A DNA stretch of 64,000 nt from Planctomycetota bacterium. Lineage in GTDB: Bacteria; Planctomycetota; UBA8108; SXIK01. The position numbers and the translations under genes were made by a program. Under the pieces are notes generated by a model, which ran no database searches, was not told where the DNA came from, and saw nothing but the letters and a program-made list of their open reading frames with translations. The stretch is taken from positions 3,584,001 through 3,648,000 of the forward strand of contig OZ244999.1 of NCBI GenBank assembly GCA_965223265.1, written 5' to 3'. Below, one piece after another: positions 42,201 through 51,416 of the stretch (the first letter of the stretch is position 1; the number at the start of each line of letters is the position of its first letter).

Positions 42201-44574
42201 CGCGCCCGACGCAGACGCTCAGGTGGGTGATCGCCTCCTCCGTGCGGCCGGTTCGCTGGCAAACGGCTCCGAGCTTGCGGGCGCAGCGTACGGCGCGTGG
42301 GTCGGAGTGGGGTCGAGAAATAGGGGCCGCCGCAGGGCGGCGCTCGCGAGCACGTCGACTGCCGGCTTTCGGCGCCCGCCCGGGCATGTCGACGATGGGT
42401 CGCACCAACTTCGAACGCACTGCGTAGGACTCTTCGTAGCGTCCTGCTCCTTCGAAGACGTCGCCGAGAGCTTCGTTCAACGCCGCCTCTTCTGGCGCAT
42501 CTGTCGATAGACTTCCTGCCCAGGGTAGGAGCTCTTCTGCTAACTTCACTTCGCGGGAAGAGTGCACCTCGGTGTCCGGTAGCCAATGGCGCAGCTGCTT
42601 CAACGCGTCTTCGTCGTTGCCGGCTTGACGGAAATGCCAAGCCGCCTCGAGCCGGCGTCGGCTTCGGTCACGTGCGAACACGCGTGCCAGCGCCGCGTGC
42701 CGTTTCGAACGAGTCGACTCGTCCATATGCGACAGGACGGTAGCGCTGACCTGCTGATGTGTAACGCGCAAGTGACGGCCTGCGACGGCGATCAGTCCAA
42801 GTCGCACGAGTGTACGCAAACACGACTCCCAGTCACACCGCTCCCAATCGGAGTGTCGCGAAATCAGTGACCGCAGTTCGTCGCGGGTTGTCGGTCGGTC
42901 CAGGATCGACATCGTTCGGACAACTTCTGTGGCGACCTCTGGTACGGCTTCCAGTTGCTCAGCGAGTCGCTGCGACAGTGTCCGCAGTCCCGCCCCCGCT
43001 GCAGCCGAGTCGAGCTCTTGGAGGCCTTGAACGAAGAACAGCGGGTGCCCACCGGTCTGACTATGAAGATCCCTCTTCAACCGCTCGACAGTGGCGGGCG
43101 GGAGCGTTGTACGCCCGTCGCGCTGCACGAATTCGAGCTGCAGGCACTCCTTACGCGTCAGCGGACCGAGGTCGACACAGACCGCTGCGGGAACGCTCTC
43201 GGTATTGAGTTCCAGTTGACCTTCATGGGTCAGGATGACCGCACCGCGGGCCGCGTCTGAATTGGCCGCGAGTCGTCGAAAGAGCTCACCGAGCTCGCGG
43301 CGCTGCGAAGCGCTCGCCAAGTGCACATCGTCGACGAGCCAAAAGAGTCCATCTCGTATGAGTGGTAACAGATAGTCGAACGGGCTCCGCTCACCTCGTC
43401 GCGGCGTGTCGCGACTGCGTGAGGCGGTCGATCCACAGCGGCCTAGTTCGCGAAGGTAGTTTCCAAGCGCAGTGAGGTCGTCGCCTCCAAAAAAACGGGT
43501 TGTCAGCGTCTCTTTGGCGGAAGTTTCCAGGCGCAATTCCACCTCTTCAAGAAGGCGCGACTTTCCCATTCCGCTGGCGCCTTGAATGGTCAAGAGCGGC
43601 GTTTCACGACGCGACGAATTCGTCCAGCGCTCGATGCGCTTCAGCTCGCTAGTCCTGCCGGCGAAGCGCGGCTCGTAGAATGCGCTCGTTAGCGCACTCA
43701 CGTTGGACGCCACTGGGTGAGACAATGCTGACTCTTGGAGTGCCGTGCGCCAGGCATGCGCGAATTCACCGGCGGTCTGAAACCGCTGCGCTGGGTCGAC
43801 GAGCAGAGCGCGCTCAACCACCGGATCGAGTTTAGGGTCAACGCCAAGTGGAGGCACGGGTCGCGCGCTCTTGTGAGCGCGGTAGAAGGCTTCGAAGCTG
43901 TTGCCGGCGACGGGAAAACGACCGCCGAGCACGAAATAGAACATCGCGCCAAGCGAGTAGACGTCGGCAGGATAGCTCGGAGCTTGACCGGCGAAAAGCT
44001 CCGGCGCGGCGTAGGGGAGTGTACCGAGACCGAGTCCGCCGTCCCCGCCGCTCGCTTCCCGCACCAGGCCAAAGTCGATCAGCATAGGCTGCTGCTCGAC
44101 GCCGGCGTCTTCCACGACGAGTACATTCTCGGGTTTTAAGTCGAGATGCAGAACGCCGTGCTCGTGCAGATACGAAACCGCTGCGACAACCTGCGTCAAG
44201 ATCCGCACAGCGTCGCCCGTTCGCTTTGATCTTCGGCGACGCGTGTTCTGTCGGGGCTCCCGAGAGGGCGAGGAGAAGTGACGCAGCGAGCGACCGCGCA
44301 CGAACTCCATCGTAAAGAACGGTGTTCGCCCCTCATCGAGGGAAACGCCGAAATGGTACGCCCTGGCAATACCCGGATGCCGCAGCCGTCGCAGCGCGAT
44401 GAACTCGCTCTTTAGTCGCTCGTGGTGCTCGCTCGAGGGGTACAGCTTCAGCGCGACGGGAACATGAGGTTGGAGCACATCCGTGGCCAGGTAGACTGTG
44501 CCCATACCGCCTTTTCCGAGGAGGCGCTCCAATCGATAACGAGGGTGAGTGAACGAAACCCGGGCGACCGCCAT
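39244..44574 (-). CDS. Ser/Thr kinase - P-loop ATPase - TPR - sigma54-interaction - HTH fusion regulator
   Basis: Kinase motifs GKGGMG, VALK, HLDLKPEN, DFG, APE; central GASGMGKS...WLVDD; helical repeats; bEBP motifs GESGTGK, GAFTGA, FRRDLFYRL, WPGNVREL; C-terminal HTH. Confidence 0.92.
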   Translation of the reverse strand: MAVARVSFTHPRYRLERLLGKGGMGTVYLATDVLQPHVPVALKLYPSSEHHERLKSEFIALRRLRHPGIARAYHFGVSLDEGRTPFFTMEFVRGRSLRHFSSPSREPRQNTRRRRSKRTGDAVRILTQVVAAVSYLHEHGVLHLDLKPENVLVVEDAGVEQQPMLIDFGLVREASGGDGGLGLGTLPYAAPELFAGQAPSYPADVYSLGAMFYFVLGGRFPVAGNSFEAFYRAHKSARPVPPLGVDPKLDPVVERALLVDPAQRFQTAGEFAHAWRTALQESALSHPVASNVSALTSAFYEPRFAGRTSELKRIERWTNSSRRETPLLTIQGASGMGKSRLLEEVELRLETSAKETLTTRFFGGDDLTALGNYLRELGRCGSTASRSRDTPRRGERSPFDYLLPLIRDGLFWLVDDVHLASASQRRELGELFRRLAANSDAARGAVILTHEGQLELNTESVPAAVCVDLGPLTRKECLQLEFVQRDGRTTLPPATVERLKRDLHSQTGGHPLFFVQGLQELDSAAAGAGLRTLSQRLAEQLEAVPEVATEVVRTMSILDRPTTRDELRSLISRHSDWERCDWESCLRTLVRLGLIAVAGRHLRVTHQQVSATVLSHMDESTRSKRHAALARVFARDRSRRRLEAAWHFRQAGNDEDALKQLRHWLPDTEVHSSREVKLAEELLPWAGSLSTDAPEEAALNEALGDVFEGAGRYEESYAVRSKLVRPIVDMPGRAPKAGSRRARERRPAAAPISRPHSDPRAVRCARKLGAVCQRTGRTEEAITHLSVCVGRDPERAVPDESLRAHAELALLHHFHSRVDEALQHARAGSRLWETLDPKQRRGVVQAAVDLFSTAGQIHIRRLELKQAMLDLEAGLRIAEEHGAASSNVAVLLNNLALARHLNGDLSEALKLFRRAERVANEREDVGALASIRANIAQILSKQGEFEKAIDLLSALEKSAAVKQSKYLQLTCLYSRALNAHLLGHDSASLWREVLQLSHEQDDRFLPFFARTYLAEDLIHGCEYEAAEELLRRPRRRGSESAPLRAFRSARLSWLAALCGKRQVSHRAADDAKRDAGRLPSFHAGWTWYFLALAALERGDSKVAERWLSRAEKSFSHSGIVAGELEVRLCRVDLRLRLVASGGAKSRARLAVHRDLERLKQHKLVSNDLTPRRLGMRLALLEARETALSAVTALRRPGELAAALKQIGSLLRRVSGDAGLTADPGCQLQLLLIETAVLELRGERSAAAASLARLDEWQRQRGVPKDRRRTLWARFGLTLLEPASSAPLRPAATKALTKILSVLADDAAALVERFQAVTAEVGQALPAARVLLTSAPNNRAEWSAAAPPASKSRGVASEILSRAEEGTTQSVELQVEAAAGAKLSDADRAFVTAVFDAVRLAGTGITGEVPFGHSQRSTEKDAPTALLADSRSGASQRETQALTSDDWTTPNLVRHFEAHGFVARSRAARKVLRLVEKLARSDVPILITGESGTGKDHLARILHTLSPRSNAPYVSQNASAIPTKLFEADLFGYQRGAFTGADTTRTGFLFRADGGTFHLEEVCDLPIDLQQSLLRVVEEHAVRPLGAVAKKPLDIRLVASTHRDIEALVERGEFRRDLFYRLNVGRVHVPPLRERSGDLPALVRHFWAELSGSQRALPRATVDALGEHTWPGNVRELVAVLRRLYLEQNDVPSVAAVRELLGGGDTPRLIDTGIFVNHSYDEVQRGVEESYLEFLLEKHGGDLDAIAKELNTTTRSVYRRFERIGLKPKDLRRRRSR

Positions 44575-44579
44575 ACTGG

Positions 44580-44608
44580 AGTATCGCCGTTTTGACAGAA
44601 TGCGTCAA
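44580..44608 (-). promoter_or_regulatory. Sigma70-type promoter TTGACG-N17-GATACT, probably giving a leaderless mRNA
   Basis: Exact 17-nt spacer; the -10 ends 5 nt before the ATG at 44574; no SD. Confidence 0.65.
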
Positions 44609-44634
44609 TTCGAGGGTTTGACACGTACGGTCAT
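44592..44634. promoter_or_regulatory. Two tandem palindromes TTGAC-N7-GTCA(A/T), candidate operator/enhancer pair
   Basis: ttgac agaatgc gtcaa (44592-44608) and ttgac acgtacg gtcat (44618-44634), 26 bp apart. Confidence 0.6.
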
Positions 44635-44815
44635 TCACCGTAGCGAGCCCGGGACCGAGTCCGATGCCCGATTTCACGGCAACACCGAAACGCCCCAATT
44701 CTCGGCTCGTCGGCAAGCGGAAAAATTGAGGAGCTGGCCGCCTCAGATGCGGTGGTCGTGAGAGGCCGTTCGCGAGCTTACTTCGAAAGCAGACGGCACT
44801 CGAGTTCTCATGGAG

Positions 44816-46241
44816 TCATTTGTGCACGGCTTCGATCTTCGGCATGGAGACATACAGAATCGGCATTTCACCGTCCTCGGACGTGAAGTAGGGGATGTGA
44901 TAGATGCCGCAGGCTAGTTTGCCTCCGCCCGTCGGGTCAACTTGCTGCCACCCCTCACCCTCGCGATAAAACTCTGCCCAGACATGCCCGCTACCTGCGT
45001 ACAGCCAGCCAGCAACCTGTCGGCTGGGCACCCCCGCGGCACGGGCGAGTGTCACAAAACAGTCGGAAAAATCCCAGCAGTGACCGAACTTCTGCTCCAA
45101 GACTCTGAGCGTACCCCAACGCGAGCCGGTACGACCGGAGTACTTGAGATTTGACCCTGGTGTTAGCCACTCCAAGATCGCCATTGCCTTCTGGTCGTTC
45201 GTTCTCTTGCCGGCAGTGATCTGTCGCGCCAGGGCTTTGACGCTCGGATCAGCTGCAGGCCACCACGGTGTGGACGCGGTCGAGGTCATTGCCGGCTTTG
45301 TCTTGTCCTTGCTAAAGCCGCTGCCGTCTACCGCGAGTTCGAGCCTAACAGCCTGTTGAAGAAGTGCTTCGAGCCGAAAACTGGTCTCTTCGCGTCCAGA
45401 TCGGCTGCGGCAAACGCAGGTAATCTCCGAGATTTTTGAGTATTGACGCCGTCGAGCTGGGCGTGAAGAGGCCAGTTTCTCGGCCGAATGACTTTTTCAA
45501 CGGGCTGCTAACACGAACATAAGGGATGCCGTGTCGCTTCGGGGGACCGTCAAACTCGTAAGCAACCGCCGCAGTGTTCTTCTTCAACTTCGCGGCAGCT
45601 GGCTCAAAGCCATACGAGGTTCCGCGTCGCAGTTGCGGATTTCTGAGAACCAAAGAACGTCCGAAGTGGAACTGCTTCGACAAATCCTTGATCTTGCGGA
45701 GAGATCGTCGATCCGACTCGGCGGCCAGGAAGTGGTTAAAGAGAGGGTTGCACGCCATGTAGTCCGCTTTGTCAACGGTAGCCAACTCGGCACTGACCTG
45801 ATAGCGAACACTTTCAGGCTTCGGCTGCACGCCGAGTTCGTACGAAGTTTTGACGGCAAGTCCTGCGTCGTTCGTCTTCGCAAACTCGACGACAAATCGC
45901 CCCTTTCGCATGAAGAAGGGGTATCTCCTGAATTTGCCGAAAGCGGAGTGGATGGTCTTTGCGTTTGACTCATCCGTCGCGGTGACCACGTTCACCTGAA
46001 TGGAGCGACCATGCAACCGAACGACCGAGTTCGTAAGTCGCTCAATCTTGCCGCCGAACTTCCGTTCAAATCCTTTCGTTTGTTCGCGTGGAATCTCAGT
46101 TGAGCTCAGAACAAAGACTCCAGGTGGGAGGGTGCGCAGTATTGGTTCTGCGGGCGGCCCTTCAGCTCGAACGAACACCGCCAAAGATAGTGCGAGCACA
46201 AAGGCGATCGGAAGTATGCGATGTCTCTTCATTGTGTGCAC
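44816..46241 (-). pseudogene. Secreted transglutaminase-like protein gene interrupted by a MITE
   Basis: The 5' half has a signal peptide; the 3' half has GHCWDFS...GHVWAEF...WQQVDPT (Cys-His-Asp triad). Removing 163 bp joins them in frame (...GIPYVRV-RLELAVDG...KPAMTST...). Confidence 0.88.
45349..45507. mobile_element. 159-bp MITE with IS5-like ends and CTAA target-site duplication
   Basis: TIRs CAGCCTGTTGAAGAAGT and (reverse complement) CAGCCCGTTGAAAAAGT, extending imperfectly for about 55 bp; CTAA at 45345-45348 and 45508-45511; no transposase. Confidence 0.9.
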
Positions 46242-46470
46242 ACTGCTCCTTTTCAGATCAAAAGCGGCTACCCGGGTGGGGTAGTCGACTCGTTCGAAAG
46301 TGCGCGTTCTGTAACGTCAGGAGTCCGCGCTGCTGCGAGAAGCCCCTCCTCGGAGCCCCTCAAACGCCGGCATTGTACGCGAATTTCCGTCGAGGTAGAG
46401 TCCTGAAGGCGTGCTCGGGCTCTCCCGAATGAACGCGCAGTCTCCAACGATCTCTCCCGGCAATCGCGCT

Positions 46471-49400
46471 CTACCTGTTCAGAAGCGACCCGATTCGGTC
46501 CAGTCCCGATTGCACGTCGCGGACAATACCGCTCGAGTCGATCACAAACACGATGGGCCACTTGCCACGCCCGTAATCGACCATCGTCGCGTTGTTTGAG
46601 TGGAGAGAATTCGACCGCGGGAGAAACCGGTCGATTCCCACCGCGAGAGTTAGACTCCTCCTCTCCAGCTCAGGTCGGACCACGCTCGAATGAGCTTGAT
46701 GGGCCAAGATCAGTACTGGGACGGCGTCTGCGTCCCTGCACGCTCGCACAAATCTCTCGAGATCGTCGAAGAACCTGGAGGACTTCGAGTGTTGTCGGGG
46801 CAGCCAGTTGTAGACGAGCACGGTCTCCTTCCCTCCGCGTTGATTCGGGCTACTCGAATCGTACGGTTCACGAATCCACTCACCTACCGACCAAGGCGGA
46901 GCGACCTGCCCGATCATCGTCTCAGCCATCTTGAGAGGAACCTTCTCGACGAGATCTGTATCGACCTCTCGGTCGATCCGATGGAGCACCAAGCGCATGT
47001 CCACAGTTCCGGGAGAAACCAAAAAGTCACGAAACTCGAAGTCGATGTTGTCTACGCCGAGGTGAATCACCTCATCGGAAAGCAGATGGGCGACCCGAAA
47101 GCGTCCCTCTGCGTCCGTTTTCACCATTTCGGGTCGCTTACTCTCCGATGATGCAATGAGAAGGATTCCCTCGACGGGGTTGCCTTGCAAATCGACGACC
47201 AGCCCGCTGACAAAGCTGTTCGCGTCTCGGACGATGAGGTCCTCAAGCTGTAAGGTCTCGCCCGAAAACACATCGAACTCTTCTGACGAAACGGTCGAAA
47301 TCCTCTCCCCCTGGACTCTGACCTGGTATCCCCTCCCGGGACGAACGCTGAAGGAATAGTTCCCACTCGCGTCTGTGAAGTCCCTACCGTCCCACGTCTC
47401 TCCCGGGATGTTGCGGATGATGACCAAAACACCCTCGACCGCACTCCCATCTGCCCGAACGACTGCCCCTTGGATCTCGATGCGCGCATCAACCGCGTCC
47501 TCTACGGTCTCCGGGGCGCTCTCTTCATTCGGAGATAGCTGAAAGTCCAGGCCCTCGATGTGCTCGCCCTGAGCGGAAATCTCTGCCGACCGTTTGGCCG
47601 AACTCCACTGATACCCTTCCGGCACCGAGCGGGTTCCGATCCTCGACTGCCCAGTAGGGATCCGGAGCTCGTAGCGTCCGGTTTCGTTTGTTTTGGCTCG
47701 CGCAACCACAGTCTGGTCAAAAGGGCCACTCGTCCCGCGGATCTCGACGCCCCGGATAGGTTCTTGAGTCGATGCGTCGTGGACCATTCCGCTGATCGTA
47801 CCGCCCTCTTCGAGAAAGAGTTCTATCCCCGACCTGGCGCCGCCCGACGTTTCCCGGATGGGGCCGAACACCTGCATCGTCCAATCGCTGCGGTCGAATG
47901 AGTCTGCGAGAGTGATGACGTATGGAATGGGAGCCAGCCCTTGAAACCGAAAGCGTCCGAACTCATCAACCTCTGCCAGAAAATCTCCAAAAAAATCTAC
48001 GCCAATTTCCCGAGGAGACGCGGTCAGCAAAACTCCCGGGGCAGCCTCGCCAGTATCCGAGTATCTGAGGCTCCCTTCGATCCGTACTTCCGGAGAGAGC
48101 CGAAGCTCCACTGTCCGTAGCAAGGTTGGGTTACTGCTCGCGAACCCACGGCGGCCCAGTCCCGCGGCCTCTGCGACGAGATCAACGCAGGCACGTTCTG
48201 GAAGGCCAGTGATTGAGAATTGTCCGTCGAGGTCGGGCCGGACTTCGAATAAGGATGGCCAAAGTTCTCGCCCTCGACCCTCGTAGCGTTCTATAAAATG
48301 CTCGTTCCCGCCCAGTCTGACCACACTGACGGTGACCTCCCGTGCATCGAACTGCTCGGGTACGATCACGACTCCGGCAACCTGCATCGTTCTGAGAAGT
48401 GCTATTCGCGTCGGGAAATCGGCTTCGTTTCGTATGGAGCTGGAGTGCTCTCGGCGTAGGGCTGCCGCCTCATCTCCGATGGCGGCATAGATCCATCGCA
48501 GCGAGCGTTCCCCGCGGTAGTGGGCGACGTCTTCGAACTGAACGACCCCTTTCTCATCGGTTGTGCGAGGACCGTAGGTGGTCGTCTGTGGAAGGGCTAT
48601 CCCGTCTACAGTCGCTACGTAGACGTCAACGCCCGCCTCGGGGATACCCTCCTGGTTGACGCAAAGAATCGTAAGTTGTCGATCCATGTCGACGTTCAAC
48701 GGGGATTCTTGAATGTCTTCAGTGATCTCACGGTCCACCGTTACGTAACCCTCTGCAGAGATGGTCAGGCGATCATCTGCTTTCTCGATCCAGTCGAACT
48801 GGTAGACTCCTTCAGCATTGGTCTCCGCCACGACATTCCGCAAACGCAGCCAAGCGCCCACCACGGGATCTCCAGTCTTGGCGTCGCGAACCGTCCCAAC
48901 GATCGTAGGGTGCCGTCGTCGACTCTCCTTTCCGTGAGTCGCTGTCGGTTTTAATGGTGAGTCTCGATTCAACTTCTCTCTTTCGGCGTGGTTGCGCGGG
49001 GGGGCAGCCAACTTGTCACGATGCGTCGACGTTTTCTCCGACTTCCATGGCGACAGGTAACCGATAAAGCCGCCGATGGAGATCAAGAGCGCGGCAAGAA
49101 GCACTGACGCTGAAATCTTCTTTCCCATGACAATCACGCCTCCAACCTTTGTCCATGTGCCGGTCGCGGAGAAGGCCGCCGCTGTCGTAGAACTGGCGGG
49201 AAAACCGGCCACAGCTAGTTTCCCGAGAGAAGCCAAGAGCGACGGCGGTGCCGATTCGACCAACCGCGTTGCGAGAATCGATGCGAGCGAACCAACGCTG
49301 ACTTGAAGAACTCGTTTCCGCGCGAGCGAATCGCGAACGGCCTCGATGGCCTTGCGAATTCGGTACGACACGCTTTGCCTGGTCACTCCGAGTGTCTTGG

Positions 49401-49830
49401 CGATCTCGGCGTGCGTTCGACGCTGAATGAAATGAGCGATGATCACGTCGCGCAGATCGAGCGGTAGCTCTTCAATGGCCTCGTCAACGTAGGGTTCGAC
49501 CTCGCTCCAGTCCTGTCGTTCTGGAGGGGTGTGAATGGCGAAGCGCTTCTCCACCGCACGACGACGAGCCTCCCGCCTTACATGGTCGATCGCCACTCGC
49601 GTCGCCATGGAATGTAGCCACGAAACGAAAGACGACTTGGGAACCATCCGAGAGCGCGCGAGCTTCACGAAGCAGTCCTGGGTCACGTCCTCCGCGTCAG
49701 CGCTGTGACGCAGGACACGTCTGCAAACTGAATACACCATCCCCGCGTGACGCGAAACGAGCTCGTTGAAAGCTTCGCCGTCGCGCTCGTCGATCCAGCG
49801 CTGTAGCAGGAATATGTCGTCCGTGGCCAT
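46471..49830 (-). CDS. ECF sigma factor with a TM helix and long C-terminal extension (carboxypeptidase-regulatory-like repeats, thioredoxin-like end)
   Basis: Sigma2 AFNELVSRH...DAEDVTQDCF; sigma4 THAEIAKTLGVTRQSVSYRI; TM ASVLLAALLISIGGFIGYL; repeated G.V.D..G.PV.G...TD..G.Y modules. Confidence 0.9.
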   Translation of the reverse strand: MATDDIFLLQRWIDERDGEAFNELVSRHAGMVYSVCRRVLRHSADAEDVTQDCFVKLARSRMVPKSSFVSWLHSMATRVAIDHVRREARRRAVEKRFAIHTPPERQDWSEVEPYVDEAIEELPLDLRDVIIAHFIQRRTHAEIAKTLGVTRQSVSYRIRKAIEAVRDSLARKRVLQVSVGSLASILATRLVESAPPSLLASLGKLAVAGFPASSTTAAAFSATGTWTKVGGVIVMGKKISASVLLAALLISIGGFIGYLSPWKSEKTSTHRDKLAAPPRNHAEREKLNRDSPLKPTATHGKESRRRHPTIVGTVRDAKTGDPVVGAWLRLRNVVAETNAEGVYQFDWIEKADDRLTISAEGYVTVDREITEDIQESPLNVDMDRQLTILCVNQEGIPEAGVDVYVATVDGIALPQTTTYGPRTTDEKGVVQFEDVAHYRGERSLRWIYAAIGDEAAALRREHSSSIRNEADFPTRIALLRTMQVAGVVIVPEQFDAREVTVSVVRLGGNEHFIERYEGRGRELWPSLFEVRPDLDGQFSITGLPERACVDLVAEAAGLGRRGFASSNPTLLRTVELRLSPEVRIEGSLRYSDTGEAAPGVLLTASPREIGVDFFGDFLAEVDEFGRFRFQGLAPIPYVITLADSFDRSDWTMQVFGPIRETSGGARSGIELFLEEGGTISGMVHDASTQEPIRGVEIRGTSGPFDQTVVARAKTNETGRYELRIPTGQSRIGTRSVPEGYQWSSAKRSAEISAQGEHIEGLDFQLSPNEESAPETVEDAVDARIEIQGAVVRADGSAVEGVLVIIRNIPGETWDGRDFTDASGNYSFSVRPGRGYQVRVQGERISTVSSEEFDVFSGETLQLEDLIVRDANSFVSGLVVDLQGNPVEGILLIASSESKRPEMVKTDAEGRFRVAHLLSDEVIHLGVDNIDFEFRDFLVSPGTVDMRLVLHRIDREVDTDLVEKVPLKMAETMIGQVAPPWSVGEWIREPYDSSSPNQRGGKETVLVYNWLPRQHSKSSRFFDDLERFVRACRDADAVPVLILAHQAHSSVVRPELERRSLTLAVGIDRFLPRSNSLHSNNATMVDYGRGKWPIVFVIDSSGIVRDVQSGLDRIGSLLNR

Positions 49831-50205
49831 GGTCTACCGCTGTCCCGATTGTCTTTCCCGTTGGGTAGACGTACGGAAACACGCCACGGCAAAACGAAAA
49901 CACGTGAATCCGGGCGAAATCGCCCGATTCCCATACGGTCCCCGGCGTGAAGCCAGGAGATCTTGCATGAGACAAGGCCCAGAAGTTCCCGGTGATGAAG
50001 AAGACGGCCAAGCAAGGGAGCTCGACATCAAGAGCTCGTCGAGTTGGCGCCACCACAGAGGCGCTGATCCCCGAGTGTAACTGAAGAGCCTCGCGCCTCC
50101 TTCGAGCTCTACGTGGCGATCGAGGCCGGATCGAAAGACTCGAGCACCTTCAAGGCGATGCGGCGACGTGCCTTCTCAGACGGAAAGAACACGCTAAGCC
50201 TGGCC

Positions 50206-51411
50206 TCAGACAAAGACCGCCGCCACTGCCGCGGTCAGAAAAGACGCCAGCGCTCCACCAGCCATGGCGCGCAGAGCCAAGGTGGAGAGATCCTTTCGGC
50301 GCTCCGGGATCAGCTGACCGAGACCACCGAGCATGACGCCGATCGAGCCGAAATTAGCGAAGCCGCAAAGTGCAAACGTCGCGATCTTGATCGTCCGTGG
50401 GTCGAGCGTTCCGGCCTCGATCAACTCGCTCAGCTTCCCATAGGCGATCCATTCGTTCAGGCAGATCTTGACGCCGAGTAGGCTCCCGAGTTGCTCTGCT
50501 TCACGGCCCCATTCAGCACCGAGAAGCCAGGCGAGCGGCCGCAAAAAGTACCCAAAGATCTCCTCAAGCGAGGTACTGAACCACGCCTGCAGCGGCCAAT
50601 TGACGAGCGCCAAGAGCGAATAGAAGACGAGTAACATCGCGCCGATGTTGAGTGCCAGAAAGAGTCCGTCGCGGATACCAGTGGCGAGAGCATCGAGTGT
50701 ATTGTGTGCGGTGCGATTGAACTCGAGAGTCAGTTTGGCGCCGGTTTTCGGCTCCTCTGTCTCCGGCACAAGGATCTTCGCAATCACGAGAGCCGCCGGC
50801 GCCGACATGACAGACGCTGCAATCAGAAACGACCCGTACTCCTCGCCGACGAAGCCGAGATAGACGCCCAAAACGCTGCCAGCAACCGTCGCGAAGCCAC
50901 CGCACATGAGCGCGTTGAGCTCTGAGCGCGTCATCGCGGCCAAGTATGGTTTCACGGCAAGCGGCGCCTCGGTGATGCCGACGAAAACGTTCGCGGCCGC
51001 AGCCATCGACTCCGCGCCGCTCACGCGCAGGAGCGCACCTAAGACGCGAGCGAACCCGTAGACGATGACTTGCATGACGCCGAGGTGGTAGAGCACCGCC
51101 ACGATCGCGGAGAAGTAGATGATCACGGGTAACATGCTGAAGGCAATCGTTCCGCCTTCACGAGAACCTGCCTCACCGAAGACGAACTCAGAGCCTCCAT
51201 AGCTGAACCCCAAGACGCGGTTGAAGCCATCCGTGACCCCCCGGATGATCTCGGCGCCAAGCTGCGTCTTGAAGACGAAGAGCCCCAGAATCACCTGGAC
51301 AACCAAACCAACCACGACGAGACGCCACGAGATCGCGCGCCGATGCGTCGACAGCAGTGCGCAGCAGGCCAGAATGATGCCGACGCCGAGAAGACCTTGG
51401 AATTGAGGCAT
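50206..51411 (-). CDS. nupC: Concentrative nucleoside transporter (NupC/CNT family)
   Basis: FVFG, AANVFVGITEAPL, GFATVAGS, ASVMSAPA, KICLNE, FALCGFANFGSIG. Confidence 0.93.
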   Translation of the reverse strand: MPQFQGLLGVGIILACCALLSTHRRAISWRLVVVGLVVQVILGLFVFKTQLGAEIIRGVTDGFNRVLGFSYGGSEFVFGEAGSREGGTIAFSMLPVIIYFSAIVAVLYHLGVMQVIVYGFARVLGALLRVSGAESMAAAANVFVGITEAPLAVKPYLAAMTRSELNALMCGGFATVAGSVLGVYLGFVGEEYGSFLIAASVMSAPAALVIAKILVPETEEPKTGAKLTLEFNRTAHNTLDALATGIRDGLFLALNIGAMLLVFYSLLALVNWPLQAWFSTSLEEIFGYFLRPLAWLLGAEWGREAEQLGSLLGVKICLNEWIAYGKLSELIEAGTLDPRTIKIATFALCGFANFGSIGVMLGGLGQLIPERRKDLSTLALRAMAGGALASFLTAAVAAVFV

Positions 51412-51416
51412 AAGTG

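Noticed and set aside
44733-44752. Possible sigma54 -24/-12 promoter (TGGC...TGC) near the bEBP gene
   Set aside because: GG-to-GC spacing is 11 rather than the required 10, and no plus-strand gene follows.
45345-46241. 298-aa ORF as a complete stand-alone gene
   Set aside because: Its last 54 or so codons derive from the MITE; it is the 5' half of the interrupted gene.
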